Made by a program: the position numbers and the translations under genes. Below are positions 35,445 through 43,790 of a DNA stretch of 64,000 bases, piece by piece. How positions within the stretch are numbered: position 1 is the first letter of the stretch; each line of letters starts with the position of its first letter. The notes beneath the pieces are model-generated. The model saw only the letters and a list, made by a program, of their open reading frames with translations, searched no databases and was not told where the DNA came from. Source of the DNA: Bacillota bacterium (GTDB taxonomy: Bacteria > Bacillota > Clostridia > Peptostreptococcales > Anaerovoracaceae); assembly GCA_041797745.1 (NCBI GenBank), contig JBHBZU010000024.1, positions 17,407 through 81,406 of the forward strand, read 5' to 3'.

Positions 35445-38222
35445 ATCGGTAACATAACTATAGGCATTCTTGCTCATGTAGATGCAGGAAAAACAACTTT
35501 ATCAGAGGCTATTCTTTATCAGACAGGTACCATCCGAAAGGCAGGGAGAGTTGACCATAAAGACGCCTTTCTCGATACGAATTTTATTGAGCGTGCCAGG
35601 GGAATTACAGTATTCTCCAAGGAGGCTCGTTTTGTATTGGGGAAAAAGCAATTTACTCTAATTGATACCCCGGGTCATGCGGATTTTTCCACCGAGATGG
35701 AGAGAACCCTTTCGGTAATGGACTATGCCATTTTAGTTATAAGCGGTTCAGAGGGGATTCAGAGCCATACTATGACGCTGTGGAAGCTGTTTGAGAGCTA
35801 CAAGCTTCCCGTATTTATTTTTGTGAATAAGATGGATAAGGGAGAAATAGATATTCAAATGCTTAAACATCAGATGAATGTTTCACTGGGTGGAGGTCTC
35901 GTTCAAATGAGAGGGGCGGAACCTGAAGATATGGAAGAACTGGCAATACATTCGGAAAGAATGCTGGAGGAGTTTTTAGAAACAGGTTCTGTTCGGGATG
36001 AGCTGATTCAAGAGGAGATTTTGAACAGACAAATTTTTACGGTTTCCTATGGTTCAGCTCTTAAAATGGAGGGTATAGAAGAATTCCTAAAGGTGATGGA
36101 GCGTTACACCGACGAAACTTTGTGGGAAGAAGAACAAGATAGGGATGAGAAATATTCAGAAAAAAATCATTCGGAAAAAAACACATCAACAGACAAGGTC
36201 TTAGATAAGCAGGGTGTTATAGGAAAAGTATATAAGATTACAAGGGACAAAACAGGAAACCGGCAAACTCATTTAAAAGTGCTTTCCGGTATTCTTAAAA
36301 ATAAAATGCTTCTTAAGGGAAAAACTTCAGGTGGCGAAACTTGGGAAGAAAAGGCAGAACAAATCAGGCTTTACAACAGCACGGGTTTTGAAGCCTTGGG
36401 AGAAGCTAAGGCAGGCATGATAGTAGCAGTAACAGGCTTATCACAGACCTTTGCAGGAGCGTATATAGGTACTGAAGCGGCGGATGTGGATGAAAGTAAG
36501 CCTTTTCTACAGCCTGCACTAACCTACAGAGTAAATTTCGAGGGTGGAGTTGACCTCAAAATCGGTTTCAGTAAGCTTAAGCTTTTAGAAGAGGAACATC
36601 CGTCCTACCATTTTCTTTGGGGTGAAGAACATTGTGAAATTCACGTTCAGGTAATGGGAGACATGGAACTTGAAGTGTTAAAAGCAATCATTAAAGAAAG
36701 GTTCGATTGGGATACCAACTTTGACAAGGGCAGTATTCTTTACAAGGAAACTGTTGCAAAGGCGGTTATCGGCATAGGACACTATGAACCGCTTCGACAC
36801 TATGCTGAAGTTCAGTTGCTTTTGGAGCCGCTCCCTGCAGGAAGCGGTTTAGAATGTGGCTCGTTAATCAGTGAAGACCGTCTTGCAAAGAATTGGCAAC
36901 GTTTGATTCTTACCCACCTTATGGAAAAGTCTCATAGAGGAACTTTAACCAATTCGGAAATCACCGACTTACGTATCAGCATTGTGGCAGGTAAAGCCAG
37001 CAATAAGCATACCGAGGGAGGAGATTTCAGAAAGGCTACTTATACAGCCATAAGACAGGGTTTGCGAAAGCTGCTTGAATCGGGCGACATGGTGCTATTG
37101 GAACCAATTTACAGTTTTTCCATAGAAATTGACAACCAATATCTTGGTAGAGTAATGACAGATATGGAACGCTTGGGGGCGAAGTGCAAAATGCCTGAAC
37201 TTATGGATGACGGCGTTACAGGTGTAATTCGGGGAACGGGACCTGTGGCTACCCTTAGAGACTATCAGAGAGAAATCAATACTTTCGCTCGCGGTAGCGG
37301 AAGATTCGTAGCAACTTTGGACGGTTATGCGCCTTGTCACAACCAAGAGGAAGTGGTGACTGCCATTGGTTATGACCCTGACAGCGATTCTCGCAACAGA
37401 GCAGGTTCGGTGTTTTGCGAACAGGGGGCAGGGGTTTATGTAGACTGGCAGGAAGTTGATGAGCTGGCGCAGGCTGAAAATGATTACATTCTCGGAGAGG
37501 ATGGCGATGTAAGACAGCTTGCGGGTGAAGAAAAAATTGCTTTAGCCTTAAAAACCTCAGGAGGAGAGGTGACTGCCAAGGAACTGGAGGAGATTTTCCA
37601 ACGGACTTACGGAAAGTCCAAGAGGGATGAGCAACTGATGAAAGAAAGAAAATCTCGGAGTTCAAGGCTAAAATCCGGAGAAATAGAAAACTTTCCTATG
37701 CCAAAGTGGCGTAAAGATGATAAGAAAAGTTCCAATGTGAAATCAAAGGAAGAACTCTTGGTGATAGACGGTTACAATGTAATCTTTGCGTGGGAAGAAT
37801 TAAAAGCTTTGGCAAAGGAAAATATCGACTCCGCAAGAGAAGCCCTTATTGAAATTGTCAGAAATTATTCGGGAGCTGAGGCTTTGCCTGCGGTTTTGGT
37901 GTTTGACGGATATAAGTTGGCGGACAATATCGGAAGCAGCCAAAGCTTTGAAAAGGTGACGGTAGTGTATACTAAAGAGGGAGAAACGGCAGACACCTAT
38001 ATTGAAAAGAAAATCTATCAGGAGGGCAGTTCTAAAACGATAACTGTGGTAACCTCCGATAAACTTGTGCAGATGATGGCGTCGGGAGATGGAGCCATAA
38101 GACTTTCTTCACGAGAATTTCTTGAAGAAGTTCAAAATTCCGTAGGAAAGATTAGAAACAGACTTTCAAATCAAAAATTACCCTCGAATAAACCGCTGGA
38201 GAGTAAATTTGAAAAGTCCTGA
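35445..38222 (+). CDS. TetM/EF-G-like translational GTPase fused to a C-terminal Rae1/YacP-type NYN ribonuclease domain (start codon uncertain)
   Basis: The frame is open from 35403. G1 AHVDAGKTT (35472-35498) lies upstream of the tracked TTG at 35637. G3 DTPGH, G4 NKMD, G5 GSALK. Ribosomal-protection/EF-G-like domains II-V (GHYEPLRHYAEV, LLEPIYSFSIEI). A K/R/E-rich linker, then LLVIDGYNVIFAW ... VVYTKEGETADTYIEK ... VVTSDKLVQ, which matches B. subtilis YacP/Rae1 blocks. GGAGG at 35431-35435 lies 9 nt before an in-frame ATC at 35445. No ATG, GTG or TTG exists in frame before 35637. Confidence 0.75.
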   Translation: MGNITIGILAHVDAGKTTLSEAILYQTGTIRKAGRVDHKDAFLDTNFIERARGITVFSKEARFVLGKKQFTLIDTPGHADFSTEMERTLSVMDYAILVISGSEGIQSHTMTLWKLFESYKLPVFIFVNKMDKGEIDIQMLKHQMNVSLGGGLVQMRGAEPEDMEELAIHSERMLEEFLETGSVRDELIQEEILNRQIFTVSYGSALKMEGIEEFLKVMERYTDETLWEEEQDRDEKYSEKNHSEKNTSTDKVLDKQGVIGKVYKITRDKTGNRQTHLKVLSGILKNKMLLKGKTSGGETWEEKAEQIRLYNSTGFEALGEAKAGMIVAVTGLSQTFAGAYIGTEAADVDESKPFLQPALTYRVNFEGGVDLKIGFSKLKLLEEEHPSYHFLWGEEHCEIHVQVMGDMELEVLKAIIKERFDWDTNFDKGSILYKETVAKAVIGIGHYEPLRHYAEVQLLLEPLPAGSGLECGSLISEDRLAKNWQRLILTHLMEKSHRGTLTNSEITDLRISIVAGKASNKHTEGGDFRKATYTAIRQGLRKLLESGDMVLLEPIYSFSIEIDNQYLGRVMTDMERLGAKCKMPELMDDGVTGVIRGTGPVATLRDYQREINTFARGSGRFVATLDGYAPCHNQEEVVTAIGYDPDSDSRNRAGSVFCEQGAGVYVDWQEVDELAQAENDYILGEDGDVRQLAGEEKIALALKTSGGEVTAKELEEIFQRTYGKSKRDEQLMKERKSRSSRLKSGEIENFPMPKWRKDDKKSSNVKSKEELLVIDGYNVIFAWEELKALAKENIDSAREALIEIVRNYSGAEALPAVLVFDGYKLADNIGSSQSFEKVTVVYTKEGETADTYIEKKIYQEGSSKTITVVTSDKLVQMMASGDGAIRLSSREFLEEVQNSVGKIRNRLSNQKLPSNKPLESKFEKS

Positions 38223-38253
38223 TTTTTCAGATTTTATTCGGAAATTTGGGCGA

Positions 38254-38399
38254 AATGTGATATAATGACCCCAAGCAGTCAGTATATAAAATCATATAGC
38301 CGTGGGAATATTTTGCTTTTGTAAACTTCAGCAAAATCGCACATGGCTGAATTATATCATGTTTACATGATATAATAACTGCATAGTTTACTGATAAAA
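38254..38399 (+). repeat. Intergenic repeat family, locus D (degenerate Y-Z-W-partial X)
   Basis: Z 38288-38361. W is TTATATCATG-TTTA-CATGATATAA (38352-38375). A truncated X follows and ends at the RBS of the next gene. Confidence 0.9.
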
Positions 38400-38416
38400 T
38401 TTCGGGAGGCAATTCT

Positions 38417-40120
38417 ATGAAAATTAAATTTTGTGGAGCATGTAGCGGGGTTACAGGCTCATGCCATCTTATTACAACTGATAAATACAGGATTTTGTTG
38501 GACTGTGGACAGTTTCAGGGAAACAAGGCAACAGAGTCTTTGAATTATGAGCCATTTCCTTTTAATCCGAGCGAGATAGATTTTATGATTTTGAGCCATG
38601 CTCACATTGACCACTGTGGGCGTATTCCTCTTTTAGTAAAGCAGGGTTTCAAGGGTAAGATTTATTGTACAGACGCTACGGCAGATCTTCTTGAAGTTAT
38701 GCTTAAGGACAGCGGATACATTCATGAAAAGGAAGCGGAGTGGCAGAACAGAAAAAATGAAAGAGCAGGGCGTCAGAAGATAGAGCCTCTCTACACATAT
38801 CAGGACGCATTGGATTCACTTCATGGCGTTACTCCTGTTTTGTATGACCAGCTTGTTGAAGTAAATGAGCAGATTAAAATTGTTTTTAATGACGCAGGAC
38901 ATATTTTAGGTTCTGCCATTACAGAACTTTGGGTTACAGAAGAGAATACTACTTCCAAAGTGGTATTTTCAGGAGACATAGGCATGACTGAAAGACCTAT
39001 TTTAAGAGACCCTGTAATTATTAAAAAGGCTGACTATGTTATCATGGAAACTACTTATGGCAACAGACTCCATGAAAGTAACGGCGAGAGCTTGCAAAAG
39101 CTTTTAGACATTGTGATTAAAACCAACAGAAGAGGCGGAAATGTGGTTATTCCGTCCTTTGCAGTAGGTCGTACACAGGAACTGCTTTATGAGTTCAGTA
39201 GATTTTATGAAAATTATCCTGAATACAGAAAGGATTTAGATAAAATTACGGTTTACGTTGACTCACCGATGGCTACTACAGCTACTGAAGTATTCAAACG
39301 CAATGCGCAGGTATTTGATGAAGAAACAAAGGCTATTATCACCAGCGGTACCAATCCTTTGGACTTCCAGAATCTGAAATTTACCAGAACTTCCGACGAA
39401 TCAAGAGCTATCAACTTTGACTCTACGCCAAAAGTTATCATTTCCGCCAGCGGTATGTGCGAAGCGGGTCGTATCAGACACCACCTAAAGCACAATCTGT
39501 GGGATTCCCGTAACAGCATAGTCTTTGTAGGCTATCAGGCAGAGGGGACTTTAGGAAAGCAGTTGGTTAACGGTTTGGATACCGTATCTCTTTTCGGTGA
39601 AGAAATAAAGGTTCGTGCTGAAATTTACAGCTTGGAGGGCTTTTCGGGTCATGCAGACAGAGACGGACTCTATGCATGGCTCAACGGTTTTGTCCAAAAA
39701 CCTAAGCATGTATTCTTAATTCACGGTGAAACAGATTCCAAAAATGATTTTTCGGATTATGTTCGTGAAAAAATGGGATATGAGTGTACGGTGGTAAACG
39801 GTATCAGCGAGTATGAACTCCAGCAGGATCAAGTGGTTTCCATGGACGAAGAAATGCGCGAGCAGTTCAGCGAAGAAGCTATTTACGATATGAAGACACG
39901 TATTGCAGATATAAACGAGGGGCTTCAGAGCATTCTTTACAACACAAATCTTGCAGTTGGAGCAAATCCGTCACCTGAAAGACTGGCAGAGATTAACAAT
40001 CTTATTTTAGAGCTCGAAAAGCAATATATCAATTTAGGTTCTGCGGTTACAAAAGAGGACAGACCTAATGTTGAAGCAGACGCGGCTGCTCAAAACGCAA
40101 GCAATCGTAAAGAGGCTTAA
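38417..40120 (+). CDS. Beta-CASP family metallo-beta-lactamase-fold ribonuclease (CPSF73/Ysh1-like) with a C-terminal extension
   Basis: MBL motif HAHIDHCG, beta-CASP region, and a C-terminal H motif (FSGHAD, IHGE). About 100 additional C-terminal residues look coiled. RBS is GGGAGG. Confidence 0.8.
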   Translation: MKIKFCGACSGVTGSCHLITTDKYRILLDCGQFQGNKATESLNYEPFPFNPSEIDFMILSHAHIDHCGRIPLLVKQGFKGKIYCTDATADLLEVMLKDSGYIHEKEAEWQNRKNERAGRQKIEPLYTYQDALDSLHGVTPVLYDQLVEVNEQIKIVFNDAGHILGSAITELWVTEENTTSKVVFSGDIGMTERPILRDPVIIKKADYVIMETTYGNRLHESNGESLQKLLDIVIKTNRRGGNVVIPSFAVGRTQELLYEFSRFYENYPEYRKDLDKITVYVDSPMATTATEVFKRNAQVFDEETKAIITSGTNPLDFQNLKFTRTSDESRAINFDSTPKVIISASGMCEAGRIRHHLKHNLWDSRNSIVFVGYQAEGTLGKQLVNGLDTVSLFGEEIKVRAEIYSLEGFSGHADRDGLYAWLNGFVQKPKHVFLIHGETDSKNDFSDYVREKMGYECTVVNGISEYELQQDQVVSMDEEMREQFSEEAIYDMKTRIADINEGLQSILYNTNLAVGANPSPERLAEINNLILELEKQYINLGSAVTKEDRPNVEADAAAQNASNRKEA

Positions 40121-40138
40121 AGACGGAGAACTAACCAT

Positions 40139-40762
40139 ATGAAAAAAGACGAAGTTATTATTATCGGAATAGCCGGTGGTACTTGTTCAGGGAAGAGTAC
40201 GCTTATCAACAGGATTAAAGAAGAGTTTGATGAAAGGATTGCCATCATCAGTCATGACTATTATTACAAAGCTCATGATGATCTTCCCTTTGAAGAACGT
40301 TGCAAATTAAATTATGACCATCCGGAATCTTTCGATACCGATCTCTTAATACAACATATTAAGCTGCTTAAAGATTGGCAAACTATAGAATGTCCCGTAT
40401 ATGACTACAGCGTACATAATCGTACTAAAGAAATTGTAAGAATAGAGCCTGCCAAGGTCATGATAGTTGAGGGGATTCTGATTTTTGAAAATAAGGAGCT
40501 TCGAGATTTGTTCGATATTAAGGTTTTTGTAGACGCTGACGCAGATGTAAGACTTATTCGCCGAATACTGCGAGATGCGCAGGAAAGAGGCAGATCTTTG
40601 GATTCGGTAATAAATCAGTATCTGTCTACCGTAAAAGTAATGCATGAGCGATTTATCGAACCAAGCAAAAAATATGCGGATATTATTGTGCCACAGGGTG
40701 GACATAATCAAGTGGCTTTCCAAATGCTTACGCACAGAATACAGGCATTGTTAGGCGAGTGA
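40139..40762 (+). CDS. udk: Uridine kinase
   Basis: P-loop IGIAGGTCSGKST, plus DHPESFD and VEGIL blocks. 207 aa. Confidence 0.9.
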   Translation: MKKDEVIIIGIAGGTCSGKSTLINRIKEEFDERIAIISHDYYYKAHDDLPFEERCKLNYDHPESFDTDLLIQHIKLLKDWQTIECPVYDYSVHNRTKEIVRIEPAKVMIVEGILIFENKELRDLFDIKVFVDADADVRLIRRILRDAQERGRSLDSVINQYLSTVKVMHERFIEPSKKYADIIVPQGGHNQVAFQMLTHRIQALLGE

Positions 40763-40786
40763 AAATTTGTGTTATAGGTGAATTTA

Positions 40787-41713
40787 ATGAAGAATAACAA
40801 AATAATTCTTTACATAGCAGTGCTCATTGAGGCGAGCCTTTGGGGGTTTTCCTTTGTGGGCACTAAAGTGGCTTTAGAAAGTGTTTCGGCTATTGAACTT
40901 CTGGCTATGCGTTGGACTATCGGTGCTGTGGCTTTAATTCTCTTGATACCTACAGGGATTGTGAAATTTTGCCTTAAATCAAAACCCTTACTTCCTTTGT
41001 TGAGTATTGTCGTTTTTCAACCCTGTGTATACTCCATTACGGAGTGCCTCGGTATAGAACGAACTACAGCTTCAGAAGCTGCTATAATTATAGCCATGGT
41101 TCCCATTGCAGTGCTTTTGATTTCTATCGTATTTTTAAAGAAAAAAATAGGTTTTAAAACAGTGCTGGCTATCCTTTGGACTTTTACGGGTGTGACCTTT
41201 ATGTTTTCTTTCAGTCCGGACTTTTCTTTAGGGGGAAAACTTTGGGGATATCTGTTGCTGCTGGCGGCAGTAATTTCAGGTTCAATATATACTATCAGAA
41301 CAAGCGGTTTAAGCAGCCTGTACGAGCCAATGGAAATTACCGTAGTTATGGCAACGGTAGGGGCTATATTTTTCAACTTGGTTTCTTTAGCTAAAGGCAA
41401 CGGTCTTGGGTGCTACAGCCTTATGTTTAGAGATAGCAGCCTTTTTCAATCCATGATTTTTCTGGGCTTTGGTTGCACTGCCTTTTGCTACGTTTGTTAC
41501 AATCTGGTTATATCCAGCCTGCCGCCACATCAAGCGGCAGCGCTTCAGGTAAATATTATTACTATAGTAGCGGTATTAAGCGGTATCTTTATCAGAGGAG
41601 ACGCTTTTGGCTGGTATACTGCAATGGGGCTTGTTATGGTGCTTTCAGGGCTGGTTTTAACCAATATAACAGACGTAACAGACATGACAGACTCAAAAAA
41701 TACGAAAACTTGA
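40787..41713 (+). CDS. EamA/DMT superfamily transporter
   Basis: About 10 TM helices arranged as two EamA-like halves. The ATG at 40787 follows AGGTGA. Confidence 0.75.
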   Translation: MKNNKIILYIAVLIEASLWGFSFVGTKVALESVSAIELLAMRWTIGAVALILLIPTGIVKFCLKSKPLLPLLSIVVFQPCVYSITECLGIERTTASEAAIIIAMVPIAVLLISIVFLKKKIGFKTVLAILWTFTGVTFMFSFSPDFSLGGKLWGYLLLLAAVISGSIYTIRTSGLSSLYEPMEITVVMATVGAIFFNLVSLAKGNGLGCYSLMFRDSSLFQSMIFLGFGCTAFCYVCYNLVISSLPPHQAAALQVNIITIVAVLSGIFIRGDAFGWYTAMGLVMVLSGLVLTNITDVTDMTDSKNTKT

Positions 41714-41808
41714 CACTTTGACTACTATCGTATAAAATGTTTTGTGATTGTCTTCCGGAGTAGTATATTTTATGGGAAGAAATCATGAAAGTATAAGGGA
41801 ATTTTTAT

Positions 41809-42444
41809 ATGGAAATTGAATTAAAGTACAATATTGACGACGAGGAAACCGCAGAAAAGCTATGGCTTGATGATACCCTATCAGCTTGGGAAGAAGAAGA
41901 CAGTAGAGAAAAGGTGGTTATGAAGTCAGCGTATTTCGATACCGAGGATATGATTCTTTCCAAGAATGATATAGCCTTTCGCGTCAGAAAAGAGGGAAAT
42001 CGTTTTATTGCTTCATTAAAGTGGGGAGGTAAGAGTGAGGGAGCGCTTTTTCACAGAGGGGAATTAAATGTACCCGTTGATGATGAGGCTTGTTTTTTGA
42101 GACCCTCAAAGGAACTCTTCAAGGAGAGCGATATAGGTCAGCATGTGATCGAGTTGGTAGGAGATCAGATGCTTACTTGTATTATTGAAATGGATTTCAT
42201 CCGCAGAAGATTCAGAGTGGATCACATGGACAACATTATGGAAATATCCATTGACCAGGGTGAAATTGTTACAGACAGCGGAAAAGAGGCTATTTCTGAA
42301 ATAGAAATCGAACTTTTCTCAGGGGATGAAAATGTTTTAAAGGAAGTTGGCGATGAGCTGGCGGAAAAGTACAATTTAAAGGCGGGTTTATCTAGCAAGT
42401 TTGCAAGAGGTTTAGCCCTAATGCGCGGTAGACTTGATAGTTAA
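41809..42444 (+). CDS. CYTH-domain protein (triphosphate tunnel metalloenzyme family)
   Basis: N-terminal EIELKY (the ExExK signature). 211 aa. Alternating charged beta-strands typical of a CYTH tunnel, and a second acidic strand motif, EIEIEL. Confidence 0.75.
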   Translation: MEIELKYNIDDEETAEKLWLDDTLSAWEEEDSREKVVMKSAYFDTEDMILSKNDIAFRVRKEGNRFIASLKWGGKSEGALFHRGELNVPVDDEACFLRPSKELFKESDIGQHVIELVGDQMLTCIIEMDFIRRRFRVDHMDNIMEISIDQGEIVTDSGKEAISEIEIELFSGDENVLKEVGDELAEKYNLKAGLSSKFARGLALMRGRLDS

Positions 42445-42484
42445 TACGAAGACAAAAGGTTACATATATTAGGAGGAATTTTTA

Positions 42485-43768
42485 ATGAAAGCTACATTTA
42501 TTTCAAAAGAAAATAACACTGTTAAATTCTCAATGGAGTTTACAGCTGAAGAATTTGAAAATGCACAGATTAAGGCTTACCAAAGCACAAAGGAGCAGTT
42601 CTCAATCGACGGTTTCCGCAAGGGTAAGGCTCCAAGAAAGCTCATTGAGAAGCACTACGGAGAGGGAATCTTCTTTGAGGATGCAATAAACAACTTATTC
42701 AATGAAAACTACGGAAAGGCTTTAGACGAACTTAAGCTGGACGTTATTGATAGACCTAATGCTGATTTTTCGGACATTAAGAAAGGTGAGGGCTTTGAAG
42801 CTACCATCACTGTTGATGTTTGCCCAATAGTAGAGGTTAAGAACTACAAGGGTATTGAAATCGAAAAGGTTGACGGAACTGTTGCAGATGAACAGTTGGA
42901 TGCTGAAATTGAAGCACTTCGTAAGAGAAATGCACGCATGGTATCCGTTGAAAGAGCCGTTGAAGATGGCGACACCGTAACTCTTGATTACTCAGGCTTC
43001 GTTGGCGAAGAACAATTTGAGGGCGGTACAGCTGAAAACCAGATATTAAAGATTGGTTCAGGCACTTTCATTCCGGGCTTTGAAGAACAGCTGGTAGGCG
43101 TTAAAGCAGGGGAATCCAAGGATGTAAAGGTTACTTTCCCTGAAGAATATCATGCGGAAAATCTTGCAGGCAAGGAAGCTGTTTTCAAGTGCACAGTACA
43201 TGAAGTTAAGTTTGAAGAACTTCCTGTATTGGATGATGAATTTGCTAAGGATATCAGTGAATTTGACACATTAGAAGAATTAAAGGCTGACAAAAAGGCC
43301 GAGCTTGAAAAGGCTGCTGCTGAAAAGGCTGAAAACGACATGAAGAACGCATTAGTTGAAAAGCTGGTTGAAGCAACAGAAATAGAAGTTCCTGCCGTAA
43401 TGGTAGAGGATGAGACTTCAAATATGCTCAACGACTTTGCCCAGCAGCTTTCATATCAGGGAATTTCCATGGATATGTACATGAAATATCTTGGTAAGGA
43501 TGCAAACGGCATGAAAGAAGAACTCAAGCCTGAAGCTGAAAAGAGAGTAAAGACCAGACTGGTTATCATGGGTGTAGCGGAAGCTGAAAAGATTGAAGTT
43601 ACCGAAGAAGAAATGAATAAGGAATTTCAGTTCATGGCTGATGCATACAAGATGGAAGTTTCCAAGGTTAAGGAAATCCTCGGAGCTGACAGCATTGCAG
43701 CTATTGAAAAGGATGTTAAGCTTAAGTCAACAGTTGACTTCTTATTCAAGAACGCAAAGATTAAATAA
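42485..43768 (+). CDS. tig: Trigger factor
   Basis: 427 aa. Ribosome-binding motif GFRKGKAP, a central FKBP-type PPIase domain, and position upstream of clpP-clpX. Confidence 0.95.
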   Translation: MKATFISKENNTVKFSMEFTAEEFENAQIKAYQSTKEQFSIDGFRKGKAPRKLIEKHYGEGIFFEDAINNLFNENYGKALDELKLDVIDRPNADFSDIKKGEGFEATITVDVCPIVEVKNYKGIEIEKVDGTVADEQLDAEIEALRKRNARMVSVERAVEDGDTVTLDYSGFVGEEQFEGGTAENQILKIGSGTFIPGFEEQLVGVKAGESKDVKVTFPEEYHAENLAGKEAVFKCTVHEVKFEELPVLDDEFAKDISEFDTLEELKADKKAELEKAAAEKAENDMKNALVEKLVEATEIEVPAVMVEDETSNMLNDFAQQLSYQGISMDMYMKYLGKDANGMKEELKPEAEKRVKTRLVIMGVAEAEKIEVTEEEMNKEFQFMADAYKMEVSKVKEILGADSIAAIEKDVKLKSTVDFLFKNAKIK

Positions 43769-43790
43769 TTGAATTAAATAAACCAAGAGG

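Noticed and set aside
35637-38222. The tracked TTG start of the GTPase-NYN ORF. Likewise the tracked upstream-extended starts at 3167, 5695, 8087, 11871, 15453, 28659, 30923, 40778, 44447, 49292, 55657 and 58699.
   Set aside because: Starting at 35637 removes the P-loop. In the other cases the extension lies inside the preceding gene or a repeat unit and lacks an RBS, while an internal ATG with a good GGAGG-type RBS gives the family-typical N-terminus.
20212-38399. Integron-like cassette array, with the repeats acting as attC sites between same-strand genes.
   Set aside because: There is no integrase or attI. The intervening genes are core housekeeping genes with their own promoters and terminators. 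The repeats lack the R''/L''-L'/R' organisation and the GTTRRRY core of attC sites.
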